Virus record (IMG/VR): IMGVR_UViG_3300046822_000286
Origin: a virus
DNA: 64,000 bases
Strand: one strand, 5' to 3'
The notes below the pieces were generated by a model. That model searched no databases. It had not been told where the DNA came from and saw nothing but the letters and a program-made list of their open reading frames with translations. The translations under genes were made by a program, and so were the position numbers. Shown here piece after piece: positions 26,001 to 31,879 of the stretch (its first letter is position 1; every line of letters begins with the position of its first letter).

Positions 26001-28492
26001 GAGATCGGACCGCGCCCGCTCGGTGCCGCATCCGGCATATCCTGCGCCAGCGCGTTGATCTTCGGCAGGACATCCTTCATCGGCTGTCCCTCGAGGCCTC
26101 CAAGCGCCCACGCCTGTAATCCGCGCTCTGGCACGACCTGGATGTCCGGGTGAGCGCCTTGGACCACCTGCGCAGTTTCTACCGCCCTTTGCGCGTCGCT
26201 CGTGTAGATCTTCTTCGGCAGGTCGGTCGCCGCGGCGAGTTTGGCCGCGTCCTTCTTGCCCTCTTCGCTCAGGCCGACGCTCGAGGAGCCGTGGTTGACG
26301 TCGCCATCCGGCGTCTCCATGCCCTTCGGCAGGTTCTTGTTCTCGGGGATCGCGTCCGGATGGATCTCCTGACGGTTCGGTCCCTGCACTGTCTCGACGT
26401 CGGCGGCGGGGATGACGGTGCTGGTCTTACCACCAGAGATTGTTGCGGCAGCTGGAGGCTCGCCCGGCTTCGGAGCTCCGGGCGGGAACGGTACTTCTTC
26501 GCCCGGACCCGGGAGTGGCGGCTGCGCACCCGCTTCCGCTGGCGCTCCTGGCTTTGCCGTGAATCCAGGGCCTTCGACGGTTCCCGGCTCCTCGAACGGC
26601 GCCGGCCCTCCGGTCTCACCTGCTGGACGGCCAGGTCCACCGGCTGGCGCTTCGACCTGCGCTTGCCCGGGGACGGCGAGCGGCTCCTTCGATGCACCCT
26701 TGACTCTCGCGGCCTTGTCCTTGATCGACTTCCGGGAGACGTTCTCGACGCCACCCTGCTCGGCGACCGCCTGATCGACGAGGTCGCCAGCCATCTTCTT
26801 CGCGCTCTCCGGATCGAACGTGTCCGGGCGCCGGCCGTACAGAACTTCGGATACCTCAGCCTTGAGATCGTTAATTGCCTTGATCTTTGCCGCCGTACCG
26901 ATGCCGCCTGCCGTCTCTGCGATCGTATGGAAGATTGCGGCCGCTCCCATGGTCGTGGCGATGTGCTCAAGACGCGTCTCGTGGAATCCGACCTGCGGAT
27001 TCTTCTCCCCTGTGTCTTCTTTCGGTTCGACCGCTCCGACGATAAACGCCGTACCGAGCGTGTTCTCGAGCCGCGACAGGATATTCGCCGCAATCCCGGT
27101 CTCAGCGGTTCCATACAGCGGAGCTAGCAGCCGGGAGATCCTTGCCCACGGTGCGCTCGCACCGATCAGGCTGGATACGACATTTGTCGCCGCCTGCCAC
27201 TTATCCGCCGGCGCCGCCATGCCCAACTGTTCCAGTTTCTCTTCGGTGCCCGGGATGACCTTGAAATTCTTGTCGAGGATTGGGATGTGGATCGTGCCGG
27301 TCGCGGCCTGCGCCACGCCAAGGGTGGCGCCGGATAGCATGCTCTCCCCGCCGCGCACCGTGCGCCGGTACAGATCCTGCGCGAGGGCCGTCCACGGCTT
27401 CGGCTCCTCCGGCTTCATTCCGCCGGTTGATGCAATCGCGCCGCGCTCAAGGCCGGCAACCCGCGCCTGCAGTGCCTCCGGCGTCTCGTTCTCCGACGTG
27501 TCGCGGAATGGCGACACCTGCCGGTTCCTGTCGTGATCCTCGTCGATCGGCAACCCGAGGCGCTGCGCCTGACTTTCGTGGAGGTTCTGCGCGAACGCTT
27601 CGGCGTCTGGGACGTTCGTGAATTTGCCGAGGTGCTCTCCGGTTTTGTGGTACCGGTCGATCGCTTCCTTATCGCTAAGCAGTTTGCCGTCAACGACCGT
27701 CGGAACGACGACCTCTTTGCCGCCCTCGTCGAACGACATCGAACGCGTGGTCGAGATCGAGCCGTCCGGATTCTTCAAGATCGGACGGTTGTACAGATTC
27801 TTGATCGTCCCCGGCTCAGCCTGACCGGTCGGCGTCAGCGATTCGCCGCGCTGGAGTTTCAGCAGATCGGTCTGCGTTAGTTCAGGATAGCCAGAATCGT
27901 GATAGATGCGCAGGTTGTTCGGATTCTGTGTCGTCTGGGAACCGTCGCTCATGACTAGCGCATTACCGTGAGTGCCGGCAATCGAAAGCGGCTTTGGCGG
28001 AGCGGCCGGGGCCGGGAGCCGAAGTTCCGGATTCGTTAGGTCGGTCGGGGTGGCCGGCGTGTTCGGTGTGACCGTCTGCCGGTTCGTGCCGGTGACCGGA
28101 GGAGCAGGAACGGGGACCAGCGGGGTCGCCTTCGCCAGGTTTGGTGCCTGCAGTTCCTTGCCGAGTTGCAGGGCAGCGGCCGGCGCGCCCTTGATGATGT
28201 CCCATGTGGAAGGCTCTTTCGGAGTCAGCGGCGTCGGTCGGACCTTCGGAGCCTCGGTGTCCCAGTAGGCATCCCACAACCGGCTCTTGGATTCAGACGG
28301 CAACTGCAGGCCGCGTACGTACTGCTCGAGTTCGGCGTGGCCTAGCGTCTGATCGAACTTCGACCGGATGTCGGCGGCCTGATCCGGCGGTAAGGCCTTG
28401 ATGATCGAATCGATTTGCTGTGACCGACCGAGCGGCGCGGCTGGCGTGGTTGGCGCCTGTACCGGCGGCGGAGTCGTCAGTGTTTCAGCCAT
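14021..28492 (-). CDS. giant multi-domain (polyvalent) virion/ejection protein, 4,823 aa, with DarB-like methyltransferase-helicase core
   Basis: 14,472-nt ORF without a stop. GGAG lies 6 nt upstream of ATG 28492. Motifs were verified against the DNA: MLQNALDS/DNGSGM/GGFGIAK (GHKL), HELSH, EPAAGVGN + NVPF (MTase), GSGKT + DEGH + QREGRGVRQGN (helicase). Pro/Ala/Gly-rich linkers separate the modules. Confidence 0.9.
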   Translation of the reverse strand: MAETLTTPPPVQAPTTPAAPLGRSQQIDSIIKALPPDQAADIRSKFDQTLGHAELEQYVRGLQLPSESKSRLWDAYWDTEAPKVRPTPLTPKEPSTWDIIKGAPAAALQLGKELQAPNLAKATPLVPVPAPPVTGTNRQTVTPNTPATPTDLTNPELRLPAPAAPPKPLSIAGTHGNALVMSDGSQTTQNPNNLRIYHDSGYPELTQTDLLKLQRGESLTPTGQAEPGTIKNLYNRPILKNPDGSISTTRSMSFDEGGKEVVVPTVVDGKLLSDKEAIDRYHKTGEHLGKFTNVPDAEAFAQNLHESQAQRLGLPIDEDHDRNRQVSPFRDTSENETPEALQARVAGLERGAIASTGGMKPEEPKPWTALAQDLYRRTVRGGESMLSGATLGVAQAATGTIHIPILDKNFKVIPGTEEKLEQLGMAAPADKWQAATNVVSSLIGASAPWARISRLLAPLYGTAETGIAANILSRLENTLGTAFIVGAVEPKEDTGEKNPQVGFHETRLEHIATTMGAAAIFHTIAETAGGIGTAAKIKAINDLKAEVSEVLYGRRPDTFDPESAKKMAGDLVDQAVAEQGGVENVSRKSIKDKAARVKGASKEPLAVPGQAQVEAPAGGPGRPAGETGGPAPFEEPGTVEGPGFTAKPGAPAEAGAQPPLPGPGEEVPFPPGAPKPGEPPAAATISGGKTSTVIPAADVETVQGPNRQEIHPDAIPENKNLPKGMETPDGDVNHGSSSVGLSEEGKKDAAKLAAATDLPKKIYTSDAQRAVETAQVVQGAHPDIQVVPERGLQAWALGGLEGQPMKDVLPKINALAQDMPDAAPSGRGPISTRDGQSFHQWEDQLGPTVQRIMDEFEKNPTESVGILSHSRVFQWIHAWLEGGMPEDYRIDPSKLLRAYADTGGREYLYKDKDGWVLDDKKPPNGQASIQLIRHAHERQANVPAGAVPPPPAEAPQPPALKPKKQFVIAGKDVAGTYQGKVVTADGTVHERHPNYLKTMKAFGYPELTDDQFQSMGGKMPETKPVSAPEAPKPLPPVAGPPVAAPRGSYSVRQTPDGKFEVVRPNGAPLPRTPFTDQASAQGVADQMQKEYETMAGGLPPAAPPAAGPAPVPGPKPAPAPKPAPKPKPTGKAKSDAEIVKEALSETPKTGAIDDLMKDLALGPESAINPKKISDFVSEMKRSSNLALKGHAMPDELQRMVDRAENLADEIDQRYESGKTGGIDKLEGELDDLIDRIDSEMSQSEVENVLYPEDAEAGTEEDLARQYDELVRGLYPKDEVVERIKDILDKARFGTGHTGPRELNLGSDDELLAAAKDAYDRANSIRERLKPPKPNEVARVKQWLADRQNMISEMKTGEGKAAAGLDPRIVKTLGGNLYNGDLGVVAVREMLQNALDSLRGLDNPESRGVTIEVDTNRRTIYMADNGSGMTPEVAQKELMDIGGSKKAEGSSGGFGIAKVAIFANADEIDIHTVAEDPKTGKRFVTTLYGKGADWVDPELGLDVETHPADEEITGTNIRIKLSPDVTMGQFYMGRFAGDMMKSTSLLPYRVSFKLNGLFIEPSSVRLQKLAQVETPGSSADIHLGDGKEKVGDYGAVTYSILNNGLYQFNNSISVPKHLSGTMLPGPLVVNIHPKAGPEEAGYPFAPDRERIRDHDLTEKIREWLSDNFVLRALEGEKAAYVDRILNAPVIPGPNSLPIVDTSGNLPPDQVEALSKRPYVQRLSDQIMSSMDTLLGAINRGRMDGELDPAAIGIGLGTKYLGINIHGKMLDWDHNLILVNPYTIMDEVLSAIQFRHIAPTEGPAMVAARIVSTLVHELSHQAVRDHDEKFAGELSRNIDLTLLDSAHVQAELQAVLEHNGGEAYSGLYDDLTNLRPQWAGENIFGKISSSVATGGDEQAGAEDVAGEGAVGGRGRGEGLPSGGPGAQPEVAGGAGPERSDADITQLDPGTRAKLLKLGAYLYQTSPDWPAWSHAMSAAGDWVAPYLPTAYALIDDVAAATGKKPVSAPPPPEKPAQEPTAGPPDRGPPPVPAPRGESDVNAKPTTGVGNGEGPAGEPTGGAGGGPPAEGPRGEGGPGEPGVGSGEGVSPGRPSKPGAPRRPQQQQPRPATGERFTLVGKEPIDLTPQQRREINAKAIAIAGAKNQGDPLTPEEQDILRQYTGQGGLGTADEGVLFQHYTSYKVVQWQWDKLAAMGYPLEGASMLEPAAGVGNYLGFAPAGVRMTAVEIDPIAAKITQLLYPDATVHNKPFENFNSRQKFDIVMSNVPFSASRGELRYAKDAQEYKDIDTLHDFFFVKGLDVAKPNGLVFFLTSTGTMDKAGDEIRKLINEKAEFLGAYRTPAGEFKKNTQYGGSVDAILLRKRTPEEIEAFKALKEGKIATVEDLAKMGFTRPFGYNKDWVESTTTDKFSKPDQPPARISKYYIENPGQMWGQPEAGYGVRQVTRMGVRPTKPIEDFIGTSLGDHIQWKPEETVAAPNAEIETEKPVGKAPEGVRHGTLIVRPKTNDLAFAHSDGNIYPAFPKGLPEKTQGRLLAAVNMMDMADRLYGALRQNDDATANKIRPQLKAAITNYRSQYGDKTGKKLGKPPGYDPFLWRFLNGGTESMVLSFEDPRRWLLAGLTDDEGKFADIFDRNTIYRQPVVARAYNDKDLADVAKFVYEQTGEFAASRPEIEAKYNGEPADIDKDLVGKPGFSIESLSADGKPTINIDDEYMYGPIWPKIDQTEAMLQQATDPQIVSQLKHQLSGLHAALPEQATIQNLPVDPFASYMDQGTVIQWLRSFGMNGIQEYVPENNRTMWEIGGAGRLKLNVITDPKTNQMADHEFTAEDIQGFLNHKRLTKWIDTGETDYRGNPKRKEIFDLAKQRIIDQVGNHFKDWFSQNPKLTEHLVPTYNRMYRSYRHRSPSSQEVQVNGMSGTFKGKPLKIGNHQWEVANQMLHMRSGINGQGVGSGKTMAMIMLGQLAKQRGLIRKPIYVVPAKVIKNWGYEIMQMFPNAFILDTGGMNSKNRNKTLHRVASSDADFVLSTYEGMKEIPLRSAEEYIQEDLRELSERLHAVSQKNDKKTESMIQEQIRKYSEKLAKIQDMKKTNAIFFEDTGIDSIIVDEGHNYKNAPVQYMDMSDWLHAGSYSDRAADMGYKTRYIHERKGGRPGQNVWMATATPTPNNPIEIYSMMKYIAPDEWKQRGIHNAGDFVEQFGIVGQVEEPSTTGVPKIRTVFLGYKNLNDLRSIFRRYIDMRPTSAFALNRPTPAYTEHLLNPSPAVIYEAARVAELDEWVTKHFADAAAHGWNHLSVLTLARKLAGDLAIYNPTKYANSLGREGSKLNEIIRQVKDSEQGDNTQLIFMDIYRAVAHVEEGSKEEKLIQAWLAKKGEGELHGVDVDDDAAALVNDLEASSTAASDTKDSSDKATPGKIKTYELVNVHKSIKEALMAAGIPEDQIAIINQATNNSAAKKFKVQQLNAEGKVRFLIGTTSSMGEGMNLQANTTDIHHYDVPWTPAALEQREGRGVRQGNKQESVRIHRYVGKGTSDAKMYAMLARKAQWNENLWFGDADQVMDFDQDHRNYADISAEAQIDTSTLEYWQVSRRITTNTEKLAELETDVVAEDRRMLKQVQDEIASREQKIEQYTADIKAGRGNADYTARLIEQHRSAIANLRQEEQTRAETVAKAEKAINEARKAIEADKAKLKELIPVMKEKGMPVLPEHEAMATEPTPSPDQPPVPGPNAMGSPSPVPAPPEQRETTLSIPTRDGKGQTVKVYPVVPGLAVTPELEGEGFEILHTVSGNRIAKAPSIGSGVLLAKRLAKLGDWNRSAEALQADPAIVDGVRKELGQKGAVNFWQKRPPPSIQPNLIPSPDPEMRKLIDVPAGQRNVWQEIKDIPGQVYRFMTVARYNENLRDWPGFSEEVRRAQELVRDASAQTQKEMEKVVKGLDRSGYDAFRSIVFWEDMYETAAREGEDRVPLPGKDQLNRIDAEIARLNSIATPAVRDAVDRFHGWMEDVWNELARRGKVDPDEGRIKYFPNQIIRGIGDAIDRLPGLPTRMQNPRRLYLRNRKGHLVPHDSDWIRVMEQYGTRVYLHNMIDDFISRTADGHDFNQWLDDTQRQQLVGNRTGQAKIGRSYVLDTSTLTVKQKDEILTASRGGPGYTGELPDNIVLKGFQFNPGNVIYPVRAINDEVIWDAVKAGMDELSIDVNAFRNAALSSPVPPQLETDTGEELTRPALALGGKNKIYLLPAPIADKLEHFRENNLENPFTELARAATRAWKGTVINSSGLTYYTHITIGNEIAAYAEDLGSLMKQPAALDALRSKMTPPQYQQVMQLAEDFRIWNSVFYAGSQPRAVNAPAFREFRNPNWRDNPIGDLVREWQRAGQIVQSFPKFAKLMADLERVSNGQPVVVKGISLGGLDPKSMLALGKVARESIHPDYGAVSPRMDLFYSVTFPFSVFHVKIIGPWMRRMAHTGKFFPGDEFLLKMVLGLFISTFVWNHLLYPEIEKKLADWQRNMMHLNTPFHDENGRPVILAMETPTDIVKQWGGLHTLESNLDRVLDGKSTLEDAARQQLEDMFGHQPHGGPLPTAPAAMLYQLLNPMMKTYIDLQANKDSFTGQDIVSKSEPNLWGDPSKDNPQTDIGKRLQREYVAKKLISPYMQLMRAEQMDSPDSPVWNWLTSNGPFAWKRALGIRSVDPNGPDVKDWYNDRNWNQSLYDVKMYKVADAFVMWESGQISLDQRDAMIEPLLEQPGPNPTGPHPFSAQAGSEPSDIQRMREKPQYQIRVVEGLMHKTTDPEQKKAYLNELDALEYQIHRNSFKATPDRIRGFIGQPPVPAPVTH
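15035..15202 (-). other. two hydrophobic helices in the C-terminal region of the giant ORF (aa 4431-4486)
   Basis: FYSVTFPFSVFHVKIIGPWM and LLKMVLGLFISTFVWNHLLYP. These are possible membrane-insertion segments, as in podovirus ejection proteins. Confidence 0.35.
17888..19720 (-). other. domain of giant ORF (aa ~2925-3535): SF2 helicase (SNF2/DEAD-like)
   Basis: Walker A GQGVGSGKT (19640..19654), DEGH box IIVDEGHNYKN, ATATP, C-terminal lobe GEGMNLQ and QREGRGVRQGN. Confidence 0.8.
21398..22045 (-). other. domain of giant ORF (aa ~2150-2365): N6-adenine DNA methyltransferase
   Basis: Motif I MLEPAAGVGNY, AVEIDP, and motif IV FDIVMSNVPF (NVPF at 21695..21706). Confidence 0.75.
22883..23275 (-). 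other. domain of giant ORF (aa ~1740-1870): zincin-like metallopeptidase (HExxH)
   Basis: TLVHELSHQAVRDHDEKFAGEL. HELSH is encoded at 23039..23053 (checked on the DNA). Confidence 0.5.
23918..24379 (-). other. domain of giant ORF (aa ~1372-1525): GHKL (MORC/Hsp90/MutL-type) ATPase
   Basis: N-box REMLQNALDS, G1 box MADNGSGM and G2 box SSGGFGIAKVA, in canonical order and spacing. Confidence 0.65.
25838..26311 (-). other. domain of giant ORF (aa ~728-885): histidine-phosphatase (phosphoglycerate-mutase-like) fold, divergent
   Basis: DVNHGSSSVGLSEEGKKDAAKLA...IYTSDAQRAVETAQVV...DGQSF...GILSHSRVFQ parallels RHG...SSP-x-RA-x-QTA...GES...VSHG, but RHG is NHG here. Confidence 0.45.
27563..27811 (-). 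other. domain of giant ORF (aa ~228-310): conserved NRP-x3-NPDGS-x-ST...VPTV...HLG module of unknown function
   Basis: TIKNLYNRPILKNPDGSISTTRSMSFDEGGKEVVVPTVVDGKLLSDKEAIDRYHKTGEHLGKF. I recall similar modules in large phage/plasmid polyvalent proteins but cannot name the family with confidence. Confidence 0.3.
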
Positions 28493-28501
28493 GGCGCTCC
28501 G

Positions 28502-30427
28502 TTATCTGGCCGGCGGTTTTGGTGGTGCGTTGAAGTCGGGGCGTGTCTGGTTCCCGACGTACTTTTTCAGTTCGGCCTTGTCCTCATCCGGCAAGTTCTT
28601 CTGATATTGCAGGATGTCTTCAAGTACGTTCATCGGCACCCGGTTCGGATTCTGGCGGTTCTCCTCGATCAGTTTGTAGACATCCGGAACCTGTACCGGT
28701 TCGCCGGGCTGCATGAAGGCCGGATTGTTGTACCGCGAATCAGTTTTCGCGATTCCAGGCGTGTTGACCATCGGGCGCACCGTCTTCTCCGGCGGGGTCC
28801 ACGCCGCTGGCTTGACCTTGGCACCGGTCGATTGCAACTTGCCGGTGGCCCGGTTGTAGGCCATGACCTCTTCTTCCTGAGTCGCCGGATTCATACCAGG
28901 GAACACGCTGATGCCGGCCTGCTGCGGATGGAATCCGGTATAGAGGCTCGCCATCGAGCGGGCCTTGTCCGCCTGCCACTTCAGTGCGGCTTTAGGATCA
29001 GTTGGCTTCGGGGTAGCCTTGTCGTAACTATCGGCCCAGTCCGCCAACTGCCGGTTCTCCGGAGTGAGCTTCGCCCGGTCCGCCGCCTGAATGTTAGCGG
29101 CGTGTGCCGACAGGACGTTCTGGGCGTCCGTGACGGCGTGGAACTGCTGCTGTACTTTCGGATCGGTTGAGGTCGCGTACTTCTCCGGATTGGAAACCAT
29201 GTCCGGGTTCGCGGCCACCGCGCGTGAGGCCTCGTTGACGTCGTGCGTCTCAGATTCTTCGGGAGACATCTTGCCCTCCCGGTCCATCTTGAGCGTGGCC
29301 TTGTAGCCGTTCAGCCAGTTACGTTCCGACGGCGTGATCACGGCGTCCGGCTTCGAATTGATCCGGATGGCCTTGTCGCGCTGGTGCTGCGCCTTGTCGT
29401 AGTTTGGTCTGGCATCTTCGAATGCCGTGCTGCGCCACTGATCCAGCGTTCCCTTTTCGCCCTGTTGGCCGCTGCCGGGAACGAGGCCTTCGCGCTCGTA
29501 CGACCGGATTCCTTCCGACACGTGCTTGTATTCGCCAGCCAGCGGCGAGGAGAGCATATCGGCCTCGGTCTCGATGGCGTTGCCGGGGTTCGCGTTGTTG
29601 TACGACTCGATGTGTTGATCCAGCGCGTTTAGCGCCGTGTGCGCATGCGAATAAGCATACCGATGAGCCATGGCTGCCTCGGCCGTCGGGGAGTGCGCGA
29701 ACTGCGGCTTGGTTGCCTGACCAGTCTTCGGATCCACAAATCCGTACTGCGGATCTTTGTACCAGTTCTCTTTGCCGAATACCTGCGCCTCGTACGGAGT
29801 CGGCAGGTTCGTGTCGACTCCGAAGCCGACAGCGGGCGCTGCCGCCGGGGCCGGCGTGCCGTTCGGACCGAGCACATGTCCGGGCGCTGGCACAGGACCT
29901 AGGCCAGGACCTTGCGGAAGACCGGGGCCACCCGCAAACGCTGGAGACTCTGCGGACGGCGCCGGAGCCGCCATGCCGGCAGACGGCGATGGCGTCATCG
30001 ATGCACCTGGGGCGCCGAATGTGAAACTGTCCGGACTGTTCGGGGACAACGACGGAGGGGCCGGCGGAGCCGTCGGACCGACCCCTGGAGTGCCGGGCGC
30101 GACCTGCTGGGATTGTGCCGTCTTCTTGCCGGCGAACATGCTCTTGAAGAAGTCCATGATGCCGCCAGAGCCGGCATCGGTAGGGGAGCCGGTAGCCGTC
30201 TTTGGAGGCTTCGGCAGTTTGCCGAGCGCGTCGTGGAGTTGGCTAAGGTACTGCTCCTGAAGGGCGGGATTGTCTTTGAACCGATCGGCACCCTCGGACA
30301 GCGCCTTGATATCCTCGAGGTTCTGCTGATGCGCCTGAATGGCTTTCTGTGCCGTGAGCAAGCGCCCCTGCAAGAATCCCTTGCTGAACTCCGATGCGAT
30401 ACTTCCGAGTGCGTCAATCGCTGGCAT
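28502..30427 (-). CDS. internal virion/ejection protein candidate (641 aa), Pro/Ala-rich
   Basis: Large ORF immediately upstream of the giant gene. Has a low-complexity PGxGP/APAP segment. The function is inferred from position only. Confidence 0.7.
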   Translation of the reverse strand: MPAIDALGSIASEFSKGFLQGRLLTAQKAIQAHQQNLEDIKALSEGADRFKDNPALQEQYLSQLHDALGKLPKPPKTATGSPTDAGSGGIMDFFKSMFAGKKTAQSQQVAPGTPGVGPTAPPAPPSLSPNSPDSFTFGAPGASMTPSPSAGMAAPAPSAESPAFAGGPGLPQGPGLGPVPAPGHVLGPNGTPAPAAAPAVGFGVDTNLPTPYEAQVFGKENWYKDPQYGFVDPKTGQATKPQFAHSPTAEAAMAHRYAYSHAHTALNALDQHIESYNNANPGNAIETEADMLSSPLAGEYKHVSEGIRSYEREGLVPGSGQQGEKGTLDQWRSTAFEDARPNYDKAQHQRDKAIRINSKPDAVITPSERNWLNGYKATLKMDREGKMSPEESETHDVNEASRAVAANPDMVSNPEKYATSTDPKVQQQFHAVTDAQNVLSAHAANIQAADRAKLTPENRQLADWADSYDKATPKPTDPKAALKWQADKARSMASLYTGFHPQQAGISVFPGMNPATQEEEVMAYNRATGKLQSTGAKVKPAAWTPPEKTVRPMVNTPGIAKTDSRYNNPAFMQPGEPVQVPDVYKLIEENRQNPNRVPMNVLEDILQYQKNLPDEDKAELKKYVGNQTRPDFNAPPKPPAR

Positions 30428-30433
30428 ATGTTC

Positions 30434-30997
30434 CTATCCCGTCGCCTGGTATGGCGGGGTCCACGCCGGAGGCTTCGCGCCGCCGCCCATGCCCCCCAAT
30501 CCGAAGAATGTCCCGAGGCCTCCGGCGATCCCGCCAAGACCAGAACCCCACGCCGCAGCCTGCGATGCCGCCAGTTGGGCCAGCGAATCTCCTGCGTGCG
30601 ATACGCCGCCTACCGCGCTTTCTCCCGCCGAGGTCTCACCCATCGCGATCCCGGTCAGCGATTGCAGCGCGTTATTGATCTGGCTCTTATACACGTCAGA
30701 AACCGACTGCGCTTTCTGCTCGGCCAGTTGACGGCTTCCCGCCATAAATGCGCCGCCGGCCGGGGCCGTTTCCGCGAGTTGTTTCTGGGCGTTGCCGAAC
30801 TGCGTCTTCGTGAACGCGATCTGGGGTGCCGCTGCGGCGTATGCCTGCGGCCCGCCCTTGATGATGTTCGAGTAGTAGTCGGAGACCTGGTTGCGCGCCG
30901 GCCCGGCCTCGCCGATCAGCGAGGTCGCGAGGTTAGAGTAGCGTGTTGCCGCCTCGGACTGTAGTTGTTGGGACTGGTGCGCCGCTGACTTACCCAC
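30434..30997 (-). CDS. internal virion protein candidate (187 aa) with Gly-rich hydrophobic C-terminus
   Basis: Ala/Gln-rich helical N-terminus, then WGSGLGGIAGGLGTFFGLGGMGGG. Functional call is positional (gp14-like slot). Confidence 0.65.
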   Translation of the reverse strand: MGKSAAHQSQQLQSEAATRYSNLATSLIGEAGPARNQVSDYYSNIIKGGPQAYAAAAPQIAFTKTQFGNAQKQLAETAPAGGAFMAGSRQLAEQKAQSVSDVYKSQINNALQSLTGIAMGETSAGESAVGGVSHAGDSLAQLAASQAAAWGSGLGGIAGGLGTFFGLGGMGGGAKPPAWTPPYQATG

Positions 30998-31006
30998 GGT
31001 CTCCTT

Positions 31007-31558
31007 TTAATCCGGGCTGGAGTTGAACTCTTCCCGGGTCATGTACGCAATCCGTCCGTCCGTGATCGCGCCGCGGCGGCTCGTGAAGCCGGGCAGTGTC
31101 GCGAGATATCGAAAGCCGACACCCTGTGAATAGCGAATCGCGGCCTTGTTCGAGGCTGGCGTCATCGCATACACGATGTTCATTCCAAGGATGTTGAACC
31201 AGTGGCCGAGCACGATCCGGCCAAACATGCGGGTCTTTACCGGATCTCGATAGTCCTTGAAGAAGGCGACGCCCGCGCATCCCTTCTGGATGAAGTCGCC
31301 GTGCTCGATCTGGGTGATCCAGGCGAGGCCAGCGAATTGACCAGTACCTGCATCGAGAAAGATGCTGAGCAATGCCGGGCCGTTAACGAACTCGACGAAG
31401 TCCTCCTCGGTCATCTTCGATTCCGGAACAAGGTCGACGAGGATCCCGTCCTGCTCAAGCCGGAGGTAAAGCCTGTGGAGGATATCGTCCGGAAGATTGC
31501 CGCGCTCGAGGGAGTACGGCAGGACTATCGGGTGGAAATCGGTTTCGATCGCGTTCAT
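31007..31558 (-). CDS. GNAT-fold acetyltransferase-like protein in ejection module
   Basis: 183 aa. VAFFKDYRDPVKTRMFGRIVL...TPASNKAAIRYSQGVGFRYLATLPGF resembles GNAT motifs A and B. Confidence 0.5.
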   Translation of the reverse strand: MNAIETDFHPIVLPYSLERGNLPDDILHRLYLRLEQDGILVDLVPESKMTEEDFVEFVNGPALLSIFLDAGTGQFAGLAWITQIEHGDFIQKGCAGVAFFKDYRDPVKTRMFGRIVLGHWFNILGMNIVYAMTPASNKAAIRYSQGVGFRYLATLPGFTSRRGAITDGRIAYMTREEFNSSPD

Positions 31559-31872
31559 GACTCTATTCTATTCACGAGGGGAAGAGGCTCCATGGGGGGA
31601 AGAGGCTCCCTGCTCTTGACATCCTCGCCCAACCGGACGATCTCCGACTGGATGAACCTGAGTCCGGCCTTGAGGTCACCCATGTTATCGTGGCAAGCCT
31701 TCATCGTTTCCTCGTCGCCCATGTAGTCGGCGAGCCGGAACTTAGCCATGACTCGGTTGATCTGGCGCGTGTACTCGGTCTGCGATTCAAGGCACCATTC
31801 CAACTGAATCTTGGAATCGCCGGGCTGCTCGAGGACCGCCGCCCGGATTGCTTTCTTCTGATCTTCGTTCAT
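31555..31872 (-). CDS. hypothetical protein (105 aa)
   Basis: ORF overlapping the downstream start by 4 nt. No motif recognised. Confidence 0.6.
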   Translation of the reverse strand: MNEDQKKAIRAAVLEQPGDSKIQLEWCLESQTEYTRQINRVMAKFRLADYMGDEETMKACHDNMGDLKAGLRFIQSEIVRLGEDVKSREPLPPMEPLPLVNRIES

Positions 31873-31879
31873 TGCACTC

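Noticed and set aside
14021-28492. Giant ORF as an N4-like virion RNA polymerase
   Set aside because: I could not find single-subunit RNAP motifs. The recognisable motifs are instead GHKL, zincin, methyltransferase and helicase.
25334-30964. Other long plus-strand ORFs (25334..26119, 26150..27127, 26820..27536, 29912..30964), and likewise 43540..44643 and 47153..48358
   Set aside because: All lie antisense to well-supported minus-strand genes and have Arg-rich low-information composition. They are most likely non-coding shadows.
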